In this document: piece after piece, positions 13,436-26,500 of the stretch
How the letters are laid out: every line of letters starts with the position of its first letter
Position numbering within the stretch: position 1 is the first letter of the stretch
Assembly: GCA_030264375.1 (NCBI GenBank)
Contig: JASCQW010000061.1
Location: 77,382,239 to 77,446,238 of the forward strand
From: Carcharhinus longimanus
Taxonomy: Eukaryota
Length of the DNA: 64,000 bases
Direction: 5' to 3'
The notes under the pieces: generated by a model
Seen by the model: only the letters and a program-made list of their open reading frames with translations
Told to the model about the DNA's origin: nothing
Databases searched by the model: none
Made by a program: the position numbers and the translations under genes

Positions 13436-13527
13436 TGTATTCTGAACTTTAAATAGATTCTTTGGGGCTGGTTGGGCTTTACAGGCTTTCAGGTAGTTTG
13501 CCCAGTTAAAGTCTTCTTCCTTTTGGC
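13436..13527 (-). CDS. L3MBTL4: L3MBTL exon, start of MBT repeat 2: (G)QKEEDFNWANYLKACKAQPAPKNLFKVQNT
   Basis: Acceptor ccttttag|GC, donor ACA|gtgagt; 92 nt, phase 1 to 0. Confidence 0.96.
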
Positions 13528-13757
13528 CTAAAAGGAAGGCAGATTCCTATCAATAATGGGAAAGTTGATCGGACATTTTAATGTAATCATGAGAATTTAT
13601 TTAATAAAATCACAAAACAAAATACTGTGCGACGTTCTCAATGAAAGTGCCAAATGTATGTAGGCTAATACTCAACCAGATTAGGGTCTGTGACCAAGCT
13701 AATATTTATCCTTGCATAGGATAGCTTAGCATGCTCAACTGAGTACAACTTTCTAGA

Positions 13758-13988
13758 TAAAAGCAAATTACTGCGGATGCTGGAATCTGAAACCAAAAGA
13801 GAAAATGCTGGAAAATCTCAGCAGGTCTAACAGCATCTGTCAGGGGAAAACAAAAGCTGAGGTTTCAACAAAAGCTTTGACAAAGGAAACTTTGACAAAG
13901 GGTCATCTGGACTCGAAACATCAGCTCTTTACTCTCCTTAAAGAAGCTGCCAGACCTGCTGAGATTTTCCAGTATTTTCTCCTTTGGT
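13758..13988 (+). mobile_element. Penelope-derived short non-autonomous element with fold-back arms and a hammerhead-like motif
   Basis: Arms gaaaatgctggaaaatctcagcaggtct and agacctgctgagattttccagtattttc; internal TTGACAAAGGGTC..GACTCGAAAC; degenerate relatives near 15105-15300 and 31487-31585. Confidence 0.75.
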
Positions 13989-14172
13989 ACAACTTCCTAG
14001 CTTCATTTCAAATTATGGAATGCTTCTCATACATTCCTAAAACTGTCCCTGCAATTGCCAGGATCAAGATAGTGCGGTTTTCAATTGAGGTATGTGCATT
14101 ATTTAGTCTACATTTCTTATTAGCTTTCTGATAATAAATATTCACAATCGTCTCTCGTTGTGACTTTCAGAC

Positions 14173-14308
14173 CTTTAGGAAGATGCAGTTTGTGGCCAGT
14201 CTTCTCACACCATCCCACAGCATGGATATCAGGTGAATCAATGTTAGTCCAGAAATCAAAACACTCAGAATATCCATCAAAGTGGAGTCTCAGGCGAACA
14301 CCACACAC
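14173..14308 (-). CDS. L3MBTL4: L3MBTL exon, MBT repeat 1 core: VCGVRLRLHFDGYSECFDFWTNIDSPDIHAVGWCEKTGHKLHLPK(G)
   Basis: Acceptor ttctcccatcag|GTG, donor G|gtctga; 136 nt, phase 0 to 1; lies within track ORF 14120..14359. Confidence 0.97.
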
Positions 14309-14516
14309 CTGATGGGAGAAGACAGTCAGGCTGATGTTTACAATAATAATGCAGTACAATTATGTTAGGAATCACTGATAGTTAGTACATATTATATTTC
14401 ACATCAGTAAATATTTCACTAGAACCAATCATTTTGTGGTCTGTGACTGTGGACTGGATGCTTAAGGTATACTTCTGCACTCAAAGCTAAACTAATGCAT
14501 TTCTATGAAATATGTA

Positions 14517-14651
14517 GGACCAGATTGTCCAACTTTGCCTGAAGCTGGGATTCTCCAGTTCTGCTGCAGTGAACTACGATTTAGCTAAGCACCAAGTTCT
14601 TCATTCTCGCTGGCAGCAGCAGCAAGTGTGAACAGCTGGAGAATTTTGGCC
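14517..14651. mobile_element. Short non-autonomous DNA transposon (MITE-like)
   Basis: Imperfect terminal inverted repeats ggaccagattgtcca / tggagaattttggcc; related pieces at 25251-25345, 26268-26404, 35690-35835 and 58611-58775. Confidence 0.6.
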
Positions 14652-15400
14652 ATAATTTTAAGTACTGTAAAATAGGAAAATAAATGCAGATTTTTCACTG
14701 CAAGTTAAATAGTACTCTGAGCAGCGTGCATGGGGCAAATGTGGATAGGGAGCAACTTACACTGGAATAAATTGGGAAGGCTCCATTACAGACATGCATT
14801 CTTCCCAACCTTATTTTCATCCAAGTGCTTTATCCAGACGATTATTTAATCCCTTGCAGAAAGGAGGAAATTAATAAAATACTAATTCTTTTGGCAGGAA
14901 GGGGCCATTTCTCCATCCAGCCAATTGTTACAAAAATCTCAGTAGCTTCTTTGCTGTAATTCTGGAGAGTAAGGTGCTCCACTCTATGAAGCAGCTCGTC
15001 TTTCACTGCCCTTTCTTTTCGTGTATGTGGCAAGTTTAAACCACTCAATAACATGGGCTTGATCCAGTGTCCAGGTGATGCATAAGAAACAAATACAACA
15101 ACAAGAAACCATGGATGTACAAAATCTGAAATGAAAACAGTAAATACTAGACATGGTCAGCAGGTCAGACAACATCTACGCAGGGTGAAAACAAAAAGTG
15201 AAAATTTCAGGTCTGTGACCATCCATCACAGAGATGAAAGGTTAACTCTTCAGTTTTTCTACCTAACCTGCTGAGTTTGAATAGTATTTTCCATTTTTAT
15301 TACAGAAAATATATATTCATGTTAAAAAACAAGGAAAACACAAGGCAACTACTGAAGAGTTCCATGCAGCCACAATTTACTCATACATATTAAATCTTAC

Positions 15401-15505
15401 CTCTGCCACTGACAACACACAGAACATGGAGGGGTGCCTTGGGTCAATGCCTTCCAATCTCATGCCAACTTTAAATCCATTTTTATTCTGGGGAACTAAT
15501 TGAAA
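15401..15505 (-). CDS. L3MBTL4: L3MBTL exon, MBT repeat 1: FQLVPQNKNGFKVGMRLEGIDPRHPSMFCVLSVAE
   Basis: Acceptor ttttctcttacag|TTT, donor GAG|gtaaga; 105 nt, phase 0 to 0. Confidence 0.97.
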
Positions 15506-17054
15506 CTGTAAGAGAAAAACAGTGGAGTGTAGGAGCTTCCTCATAACTGTCCCCAAACTGGTTCAGCAATACTCCAAGTGTCTGCTGTCTACACGGCAAC
15601 TTCATCCCACCCTTGGACCTCAGGCTTCAACTTTTCATTGTCAGGTATCCTGCAATACCTATCCAAATTATCATTATTCCTCTGCCTTCCTACTTGTCTG
15701 CTGCCATTGTAGGTTTGAATCCCTGCTTGGATTAACCCCAGAGCAGCTCTCAGCACTCTCTAGAGGGCCCACCTAGGTGCCCATCACTTTCTGTCTATGA
15801 GCATCAATTCGAACTGTCCAATATTCCTCTTGATTTCTCTTATCCAATGTGTCTGCTCAGGGGTGGGGTAATCCCCTTCCACTTCAGCTCACTTCAGTGA
15901 CCAATGCCAGCAATTCAGGGATCATTTAATTTTCCTGCAGAATATTTGTTCATTATTGTATAAGGCAGTTGCAAGTGTATAGTTATTGAGAGCTATTACA
16001 TTGAAAACATGGCTTTGGATTGAACATGGTTTGTGGGTGAAGCTATCTTGAACCTCATTGTTACCTCCCAATCGAGCTAGACTTTCCACCAGCTGCCCAG
16101 CCCAAACAGGCCCTTGTTGCCAAAAGTTGCATTACTTCGAGCAAATTTTGAATAATTTTCCATTCCTTTTTCTTAACCACTTTGCAATGCTTGGATTATG
16201 TTCTCATAGCAGCTTTACAATGAATTTAATAAACCAGGCTGTTACATTTCACAGCCTCACAGTAACAGCCATGCAGATTTACAAAGGAGTTTCCATTCGG
16301 TGATAATGAGTAAGTAATTTAGTTGCATTATGTTACCTAAAATACACGAAACAAGAATGGGGAATGCATAGCAACAGACTGTGCAAGAAGTGAAATTTTC
16401 CCAATCTGTACACTCAGCAATCAAGGTGCCTTCACAGAGCAACAAAGTTATCCTCACATCCACATGCAAGAGGGAGCAGATGACTATCTCAAAGTTTTAA
16501 CTGTCATATTTAATACAAATTGCACTTTCTTCAGTGGGCTTGCATAAGTTCATGCTGTAAACTGTGCATAAAATTGCCTATTTTCCATAACGCATGCATC
16601 AGCTTATAGCAAAATGGAACATAAGGCAACAATTTAAATATGCAAAGCATGGCATTTGAATTAAAGTTGATTTTAAAAAGCACCAGATTTCATTCTCTCA
16701 CCGGTATTCTCTGATATAGGATGTAGTTCCAATCAAGGAATTGAAAAACATTACAGATCCAGATGATTTGTTCCGGTTCATTTAATTAGAAAAATCTGTG
16801 TGTACATGTGTTTATTAGAAAATTTTGTGTACACATATTCTTCCTTTCCAACTTCCTGTTATCACGATTTTTTGCATCATTTCTATGCCAACACTTAATA
16901 TTGAAACTATCCATGTAAATTATATCCTGTGTGAATAACTAGTCAGTAGGATGTAGTTTCAGATGTTGGTATGTAGATGGCACAGTGGAGTGACTTTACC
17001 ATGAGCATGCTACAGACAATTTCTTGGTGCAATATTTTTTAGGATGAAGTTGAA

Positions 17055-17440
17055 CATGTTAGTGATAATGTTACTGATTCAGTTATCTTGATGCCTGGAC
17101 TAATGACCCGAGGTTATGAATCCAGATCCCACTGTGGAACCTGAGGAATTTATATTCAATTAATTCAATAAACCGGGAAATAGAAAACTTACATCAGTAA
17201 TGAAACCGCCAGATTCAAGATTGCTCTAAAAACACATTTGATTCCCTCCTGTCCTTTAAGGAATTAATCTGCCATTCTTACACATTCCACTCAATTGTGA
17301 CTCCAGACGCAAAGCAACATTCTTAACTATTCTTTTAAATGGCCCAGGAAGTCACTCAGTTATATTCAAGGAGGTGACTCACCATCTTCATAAGGACAAT
17401 TATGGATAGGCAATAAATACTGGCCTTACCAGTGACAGTG
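17055..17440 (+). mobile_element. Old tRNA-derived SINE with a LINE-derived 3' tail
   Basis: Degenerate B box near 17115-17130; tail ctcaccatctt..aaggacaattatggataggcaataaatactggccttaccagtg resembles 48245-48305. Confidence 0.65.
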
Positions 17441-19992
17441 ATTTAAAATGATTGCAAAATCAGTGTTGGAGGTCAAGTATTTTGATTTCCAATCCAAACT
17501 GAAGTCACAATTGAATGTAAAAATTATTCACAAGAAAATAAAAAAGTTAGAAGCATTTTTAGTTATTGAATAATGTGATAAGTACATACTGTGAATATAA
17601 GACTGGGAATTTTACATTCCTGATTATAACAGTTTCAAGAGAGATCCGAGGGGAAAGGGGGATGACTGAGCGTTGTTCATGAAGGATTCTCTCACTGTGC
17701 TAGGACATAAGAATTTTAAGGACTGAAACCGTTGAGGGTTAAAGGCACAATTGTTGGTGGGTATTATAAGTCATCAAACTGTGGCTTTAACATAGAAAGG
17801 TGACTTTATAAACAGTTCAGAGAAGTATATAAGAAAAACCATAACACTGGGCAATTTTATCAATCCCAAGAGAAACTGGAATAAAGGTAATTTTAGTTGC
17901 CCACTGGGGGACACTATCCAGTACTGGATCAGTAAGTTTTTGGAAAGCAAGTTTGCTCAATTTAGAACTTGGAAATTAAGTCATGAAAATAACAGATTGG
18001 AGATTGAGACAACAACACCAGCAGCAATAATACCACCTTGAGTTATACTGCCTCCAGGTGTGTAATCTGGCTGGTCCACTGACTTCAGATCCATTTGGGC
18101 TCATGTTAAAAATTACTCTAATGAGCCAGATGTTAGTAACTTGTTTTTCTTGTACATTTCTCTGAACTGTTTACAGAACTACCGTTCTGTATTAAAGCCA
18201 TAATTTGAAGACTTGCAACACCTGCCTAGAATTGTAACTTTACCCTTACTTCCTCTTAACTCAATTTCAGCCCCTATATGTGCTGGAAACATCTGCAGTT
18301 CTAAGTTGACATCAGTAAGTATTACTGTAAGGCCCAGGTATGTGATTAGTCAGTGATTGGGTGCTCACTGTTTAGGGAACAGGATATCTGGCACTCGCTG
18401 CAAAAAACCTAAAAGCTTGCATCAGCTGTTTGAAAAGTGCACTGTTGCTGTTCTCTAACGCTGCGTCAGTGATACACAGTCGGGAGACACAGCATATCGT
18501 GGCAACAAGGATTCCTAACCCAGGAATGGTAGTACATCTGGAACAAGGCAAAAGCACAGGACTGGTCTATGTTTGGTCCTCCAGGGTAGCTAGTCTCCCA
18601 ATAAAATGCAATCTAGAATGCTTGACAGGCACATGAGTCAAGATAATAGCTCCATTGACAATAATGTAGCGCTCAGGTATGTGGATGAGACCTAAACCTG
18701 AAAACAGTTCTGGCCTCCTCCTGATGCTGGCTGTCAGCTGTCTGCTCCACTGACGTATGACCTGAATTCAAATTCAGAATAAGATTTTGAGACCTGAGAG
18801 TCAGGCAGGAAGAAGTTGTGCCTCATGATCTTTGGCACGTCGCAAAGTGTTTCCACCTACTCAGACTACCTTACTGCCCTTTAAGTGCTTACAATATGTT
18901 CCCATTTTGTAGCAGAGCACAGTCTAGCTGCAGCTTTATACTACTGACATTTAAAAAGATTTGATCTAACATGTCTCTCCAACAAAACGTGGTTACATGG
19001 TGGAGAAATTAGGTCAAAAAGAACCTTGATTAGACCACACTCGGAGTACTGTGCAGTTATGATCTCCATATTATCGCAAGGATACTGAAGTATTTAAACT
19101 CATAATAGTGCAGTGCTATAATCCTGTCTTACTGTTGCCATCAATTGAATACTCAAAGCAGAAGATTGTAAATTATCATGTGACCCATTTCCAAAGACAG
19201 AATAAACAGCAATTTCCATTTTGCTTTTCAAAGTGCATTCATGAAGTTAGGTTATGTTCAGCTCCTCAAATTCTTAACTAAAAAGCTAAACATCCATTGG
19301 TGATCTCAGTTTCTGCTACTTTTGAGACTGCCACAAACTCACATGCTTGCTTTACTCACCACCTCCCCAACTCCCAATTTCTTTACCTTGTCATCTCTAC
19401 ATTAACTGATAGATTAGGATTTTACTATTGGAAAATTGTAAGTAATCTGTTGTCGTTACTTAAAGTAGTCTTTGAAGTGTAAAGTGCATCAACAGTGGCA
19501 AGTACTCCAAATGGACAATTTCCTTGAAACTGTTGTTCGATTAAGCTAGTGTTGATATATTTAATAAAAGACAGAGGGATTTCAATCCCTCAAAGATGGT
19601 TCTACTGGGGTCTAGACTAAATACATAAGAGTTTTCTGACACTAAAATAAAACTTAATACGTTCACGTACCATGCAACAAGCTGGCTATTTATCAAATGG
19701 ACTAGATATTGCATTACTGCATTCGAATTGGCAAATGTTATTTTTGTGTCTGTATTTTCTAATGTGAATATACATGGAAAGTACAGAACATTGCATAGTG
19801 GTTGGAATAACATTAGATTTTCATTTTCTGCGCCTTGTGCAAACAGGAAAATCGTATTTATGTAAATGAAAGCTGAAGTGGCAAACACAGATAGCATTAC
19901 CTATACAGAAACAATTTTTGCTACCTCTCTGCACTTGAATTTCAATGAATGTAGCAATGTTCACCCAGACTTTATTTGCTACATGACTGCTG

Positions 19993-20006
19993 GTTGCTAT
20001 GGAAAC
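19993..20006. promoter_or_regulatory. RFX X-box consensus motif GTTGCTATGGAAAC
   Basis: Close match to the palindromic RFX consensus GTTGCYATGGNAAC; function not shown. Confidence 0.4.
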
Positions 20007-20809
20007 AGTGAGAATGATTAACTGAAAATCATCTGGGAATGCAAAACAGCAGAGAGGTTTTCAGCTGCGAGTTTTAGGTCACAATAATGTGAAATGACAA
20101 ATGATCATCATCCTTTTTATGTTATGCTAAAATAAAACTATGATTATATGGCGTTACTAAGGGAACCTGCCTTTGGACAGCTCGCTGAAAAAAAAATACT
20201 GACTACGATAACGTTTAAAATGCAATTTCTTTCTTTTAAAAAGTACGGTAACATTGGTTCAAATATTTCAATGATGGGAGATAGTCAGGTCCAGTCAGGA
20301 ATGCTGGGAGGGGCTGGGGGGCAGTCTCAGATGAGGGGTAGTCTCGTTGGGTCAGGTTGCAAAAGGGGTGGAGGGAGAAGTCAGGGGATCAAGAGCTGGG
20401 CAAGGGTGCTGATTAGCAGTATAGTTACACAGAAGTTCAACTCAGATTTTTCTGCAGAACATTCCTCTGTAAGAGTTCAGATAAGGAAGTCAGAACCATC
20501 TGAACTCTCCACTTCTAACTCGCGATTTAGAGGCTATTGGCAAGCCCCAGGGAGATGGGGAATTGCGCACCAGAAGTTCAAACCTCCCTTGCAATTGTCA
20601 TGAAGTCAGTATGTTGGAATCATGGTGGAGTCCCGTTGTGCATATTGGGAGGGGGTGCATCCTGTCTCCTACAATCCATAGTAAGATCTGGCCCACTTTC
20701 TTTGGTTGTAATGGTTGGAAATACTGGGGGTAAAATTCGTGAACAGCAGTAACACAGTAGAACGGGCTTTGGTGAACCAGCTGCCCATTCCAGGCCTGCT
20801 TCATGGGTC

Positions 20810-20921
20810 TCGATGACATTACTGTTACTAGAGAGGTGGTGCTTGACAGACTGGAGGGGCTGATTGTGGACAAGTCCCCAGGACCGGATGGAATGCATCC
20901 GAGGGTCCTGAAAGAAATGGC
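20810..20921 (+). mobile_element. Young CR1 ORF2 fragment running into an assembly gap
   Basis: DITVTREVVLDRLEGLIVDKSPGPDGMHPRVLKEM. Confidence 0.88.
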
Positions 20922-21109
20922 NNNNNNNNNNNNNNNNNNNNNNNNNNNNNNNNNNNNNNNNNNNNNNNNNNNNNNNNNNNNNNNNNCATTTCCAACCTCA
21001 CTTTCCTCTGCAAAGTCATTGAATGTTTTAACCTCCCAAATCGTATCCATCTCCCACAGAGCTCGACATTTGAATCCCTCCATTCAGGTTTCTGCTTCGC
21101 GACAACGGT

Positions 21110-21450
21110 AAACTATCTTTCCTCATTCTTCCCGGCTTGTCTGCAGCCTTTGACGCTGTTACCTACCCCATTCTCTGCAATGCCTCTCTTCTGTCAACCA
21201 GCTAGGTGAGAACAAAGTTTGATTCCTATCTATCTCATCACAAGAGGGTGTAATTTACAATGGCTTCTCTTCTTGCTCCTCTGTTGTTACCTCGGGTGTC
21301 CCCCATGGAGCTTTCCTTTGTCTTCTCCCATTTGCTGTTGCCAAGCAACATCATTCAAAACACATTGTTTGGTTCTACATGTGACAACACCCAATTTTAC
21401 CTCACCAACACCGCTCTCAATGCCGCCACTGAGTCTAAATTTTAGACTTA
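21110..21450 (+). mobile_element. Decayed L2 LINE RT fragment
   Basis: ttgtctgcagcctttgacgctgtt = LSAAFDAV, the L2 LDLSAAFDTV motif; Y.DDTQ-like tacatgtgacaacacccaattttac. Confidence 0.65.
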
Positions 21451-22479
21451 GCACAGAAACATAGAAGATAGGAGCAGGAGGAAGCCATTTGGCTCTTCAA
21501 GACTGCTCCGCCATTTGTTATGATCATGGCTGATCATCCAATAGCCTCATCTTGCTTGATCCAGATCATTAACCAAAGGGAGGGGGGGAAGTGGGAGAAG
21601 GGAGGCCAGATCACTTTCTGGTTGGGAGGGCAGAGGGGGACGCAGCGGGTCAATGCATCTCTGGTGGAAGGGGCTGAGGGAGGCCCAATCATTCTCAAGG
21701 GGAGGAAGGCCAGATGGATCTCTGGAGGGAGGGCCAGATGGATCTCTATAGGGTGNNNNNNNNNNNNNNNNNNNNNNNNNNNNNNNNNNNNNNNNNNNNN
21801 NNNNNNNNNNNNNNNNNNNNNNNNNNNNNNNNNNNNNNNGGCAATCGCTGGGTGGGGTGGGGGGGGGGTGGGAGGGGGTAGAGGGTCATTATCAGTCTGG
21901 GTAGCGGGGGTAGTGGGTGGATAAGGGGAACAGTTATGCTGTAGGGGTGGGGCAAATGTCTGTGGGGACCATCACTCCTGCTCTTCGCCCCCGGGCCGCT
22001 TTATCTGCTTTTTGTGGCCCAGGAACGATGAGACAGCAGCACGATATTCAATTTTTTTTCTAACTGCATGCACAGTTCAGAGCTCCAATTGTTTCGGGTG
22101 CACTGAGTCCCGCCCGCAGCATGATTCAGACACACAATTTTTTTTTCAGGCTAAGCGCGTATCTGAAAGCAGATTTCCAAGTCAGATCTGAATTGCACCC
22201 AGATTCAGCACACTTAGAATGAAAATGGTAAAATCAGACCCTGAATGACACCATGCCTCAGAAAGCAGAATAATGAAGATAGATTTCTTCTGGATACATG
22301 TGTAGGAGTCTATTAATACAGGTCCTGTGGTAGTGGGAGCTGTGGCCAAATTGTTTGGAGCAAAATGCATCTACATTTGTAAGTCCCTTGGAAACTTGCC
22401 ATCCTCAGCTCAGTAATGTAATCCATTCATGAAAAGAATGACAATTCTCACTTCTTTATATGATCTGACTCAAATATAT

Positions 22480-22660
22480 CAGCTGTTGCTCAATAGTAGT
22501 ACTCTCGCTTCTGAATCTGAAGATTGTAAATTCATGTACACAGCCTCAGACTTAAACACACAATCTAAGCCAAACTTCCAGTGTTGCTTTTTGGATGAGA
22601 CATTGAATCAAGGCCTTGTCTGTTCCCTCATGTAAACATAAGAGATCCCATGAAACTCCT
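22480..22660 (+). mobile_element. SacSINE1/DeuSINE-like SINE 5' part
   Basis: Motif ttggatgagacattgaatcaaggccttgtctg; related copies near 47120-47460 (-), 50040-50210 (-), 59860-60030 (+) and 62460-62640 (+). Confidence 0.6.
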
Positions 22661-22669
22661 CAGATACTG

Positions 22670-23315
22670 AAGCAGTCCATGTCCATAGGGAGCAAGATCT
22701 GGACATTACTCATGCTTGTGCTGCGAAATGGCAAGTAACATTTGTGCCACACAAGTGCCAGGCAATGATCACCCCTGCCCCATCCACCCAATATTCAACA
22801 ACATTACCATTTCTGATTTACCCCACAATCAATATCCTGGGAATTACCATTAAGTAGAAACTTGACTGAACAAGCCATATAAGTATGATGGCTACAAGAG
22901 CAGGCCAGAAGCAGGGAATTCTGTGGCAAGTAACTGACCTGCTGACTCCACAAAGCTTCCCCACTATCAACAAGGTACAAGTCGGGACTGTGATGGAATA
23001 GTCCACTTACCTACATGTGCATGACTCCAACAAACTCAAGTTGTTGAACACTGCCCAGGCCAAAGCAGCCTAATAGATCAGCACCCCATCCACCAAATGA
23101 AACATTCAAACCCTTCACCAACAAGCAGACTGACAGTATTGTGCACCATCTACAATATTCACTGCAACAACTCATTAAGTCGCCTTCAACAGCACCTTCC
23201 AAATCCCAAGCTCTATTGTATAAGAAGACAGAGGAATAAACATATGGAGAGCCCACACCTGCAATTTCCCTTCAAGCCACACGCAATCTTAATTTGGAAC
23301 GATATTGCTGCTCCT
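22670..23315 (+). mobile_element. LINE RT C-terminal fragment of a second CR1/L2-group family
   Basis: DLD..H...AKWQVTFVPHKCQAM, MATRAGQKQGIL and KVQVGTVME. motifs. Confidence 0.75.
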
Positions 23316-23429
23316 GCACGGTCAGTAATTAGATGGATGATTAGATTAAAAAAAAAGTAAATTCGATACACAGAAAAGAACATTTCTACATTGAATTTAA
23401 TAAATATTCTGAAATCAAGATATCGATAC

Positions 23430-23524
23430 CTCTTTAAAGAGTTTGGGGGGTGCTGCTAATGCTTTCTCTTCCTCAAGATACTGCACCCATGACCAAGCTT
23501 TTTTCTTTCCAGTAAGCGGTGTGG
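23430..23524 (-). CDS. L3MBTL4: L3MBTL exon, start of MBT repeat 1: (A)TPLTGKKKAWSWVQYLEEEKALAAPPKLFKE
   Basis: Acceptor ttctcttgttag|CC, donor GAG|gtatcg; 95 nt, phase 1 to 0; W.W..YL....A..AP..LF MBT arm. Confidence 0.95.
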
Positions 23525-26500
23525 CTAACAAGAGAAAGAATACATTTCATTTCGTTACATTAAAGAACAAGGAAAAAATCAATTTAGAATATCTTAGTCT
23601 CATGGTGCTGGAGGAGTCTGATATCATTTCAACTCAAATAAATGAAATACGCAGATAACTGATAAAATCGACTTTAGAGTCTGCAGCACAGAAAATTTAT
23701 TTAGAGTCATGCAGTACAGAAAAGGCCCTTTGGCCCATCAACAATAACTACCATTAAAGGCGTGTTTTTCTTGTCCATCTTCGACAAACTTTGCCAAAAT
23801 TTTCAGCCCTTCCTCTGGTGATTTATTTCCCAAAGGAACCGGGGTAAGTGGAACTAGGAAGTAGGTTTAACACCCATTCTCTGTTACCCTGTTTCTGCCA
23901 AAACTATTGGGTTATGTGCAAATATTTTCATATACACTGGTAGGCATATTCTAATGATATTCAAATAAACAAAGCTTGCCATCCAATGTATCATTTGCAC
24001 CACTGCAACACTGGACCTGAGAGCTAGGACATGGCATCCAGTGCTGCCACAGATTTGCGAGGATGCACTGAATGTTCTCAACTAGAAATCCTGTGCAATT
24101 AACATCCAATCCAAGTTGGGAGAAAAAGGATATTTTAGCTTTAGTTGGCATAAAGACCATTTGCTGCAAATTACCCTACCCCCATCCACAAGGACTCCTC
24201 ATTGAAGGCCACGGGACTTGCCAAAGTAAGTTAAGCTGGTTTAAGGCCAAAAAATGAGCTAGGTTCATGGGTTTAAGGTCCAAATATGCCAAAAGGCACC
24301 CAACCTCATAACAGCCAAAAATGCAGTCTATTGCTTTTTGTTTTTCACAAGAATTTCACAGATTCACTCTCATGAATGAGTGCAACTCACTTGTAAATAG
24401 AATTGAAGTATGGTTTAGGCAGAAAAGGCAATTGGATGAATCAACTATGTTTCCAAACATCACCATTAGTTTCCTACCCAAGGTGGAATCATACTTGGTT
24501 AATAGGAATTTAACCAATTCTCTCAAAACCTGCCAAGTTTTCTGTTCCACCAACTTCATCAAGAATCAGTAAACAAATTTACTTTTTTCCTTTGGTGCAG
24601 TTAACTTTAAATTGAGTCTCCTAGTCCTCAAACACTCTACTGAACATATAATAAATTCTATCACTCTCATTCAAGCAAAAATCTTAAAGATCTCCCTCAG
24701 GTTCTTTACTTTCCTTTCTAACATTTAACATACCAAATCAACACGATTTCCTTATAACTCATCTAAGTTTCGAAATTAGTCACATAACACTACACTAGAG
24801 TCTCTCCTTTGTGTTTTTTTTGCCATAGAGAGGCCAGAAGTAAACATGATTCTTTGGATGTAACCTCAAAGTCAGAGAAACTTCAAGGTCCTCTTCGACT
24901 TTTAAGTCACATTCTGAGTTATACAGCTTTCTGGAGCAACAGCTTAATAGACAGCATTAATTACCCTATCCATCAAACTCTCAGATCCCTCTCCTGCTTT
25001 GTTACCACTTGAATGTTACTGTTTAACATGTACTTCATATCCTTCCATCTTCTGCCCAATTTCACAACTATACACATACCAGTGGCACTTTCTGAACCGA
25101 TGCTGGGTCCCTTTAATCAAAGTCAAAGCTTCGAACACTCCCCTCACAATTATAGGCCTGTCCTCTGAGGCTTCATGCCCTGACTCTTTTCTTCAAATTC
25201 CAGGTCATCCAATCCATTGCAGTTCTATCCTATCCAATGAGAAACACAATGGCCAGAACTCTCCAACCTCCCTGAGGCTTAGTGCCAAATTCTCTGTTTT
25301 CGCTGGCAGTGGAGGGCAGGGTGTGCAATACTGGAAAATTCCAGCTACTGTTGATTTTTGCCTCCATCACTTGGAGCGGATCACCTGTCTTTTATAGAAC
25401 CCGACTGAATTTTCATTCCATTTGTTTCTATGGTTTCAGGTGGGTTACATAAAAACAAAAGAATCAATTCAGTTTATAATCAATACTGGATTGATCCCTA
25501 ATATTACAAAACCATTTCAAAAAGAGATTAAATTTCTGACTTAAAGCCTGATGATTGCAAAACGTCCTTTCAGCTGAGTATTCCATACACTGAAAAGAAA
25601 CAACAATTAGAAAAACCAGTTAGAGTTTGCACCTATGACCAGCACTTTTCATATATATGCTCAGGATGTGGCATAAAGATGTGTTACAAATATCATGTTT
25701 ATAAGATTATGTTTTGGGATTGCTATTTTAATTTAGGTTAAAATGAAGGAATGAAGGAGGTTTGGAATTCTGTCAATAAGCTTGGATACTTTGGTTGTTA
25801 AAGGCTGTGGGGGAAACAGGGGATTTCGTTAGGAAGAAGGTACAAAATGTTCACACAAACATGGACAATGGCAAGAGCATTTGTGATGATTAGGGTAGAC
25901 TTATTTTCCATGTCTCACAGTGAGATGTTAGGAATGTCAACTTTTATAAACAGTTATATTTTGAACTGTCTTTCTAATCCCAAAATATAAGACAGTTGAG
26001 GGTTTTAGCAAATAGCTAATTAACATTTCTACCTGGATAGAACATTCATGTGATTAATGTTGTCATGGGGAGAAAACCACTGCGGTATCGAGTTGCAGGT
26101 TTCTTAATATATCCTGTGACCTCGCAGACAGGTCTGTCAAGAGGAACCTGAGAGTCTGTGAGGGAGGAGAGAGATTAGAGACACTGAGGCAGCCACCCAA
26201 AGTATAACTGATTCTGTTAGTCATCAAGAATGCGGGTGGCAGATCATGCTCAGATTGAAGAGGCCGAGGGTGCGATCTTATTTGCTGTTCACGCCACACT
26301 CCTGCTGCAGCAAAGTCAGAGAATCCGGCAGCCAGCCAAAACTCTATTCACTGCAGCAGGATGGGAAAATCCTGTCATCATGAACAATGGTAAGATTCTG
26401 GTCCAAGTTTATGAGGATTTAAATGAAGCAGGAAGATGTGCCTAGCTTGATTGGGAGATGGATCACCAGGATAACTTTCACAGTAAAAGTCAGTCCGAGG

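Noticed and set aside
14173-14308. Substitutions in MBT1 (VCGV for VCGY, DIHA for DIHP) as signs of pseudogenisation
   Set aside because: All exons are open, phases are consistent and the MBT2 aromatic cage is intact
21575-21960. G-rich tract with G-quadruplex potential and short tandem repeats
   Set aside because: Appears to be the low-complexity interior of a repeat and spans a gap; no evidence of function
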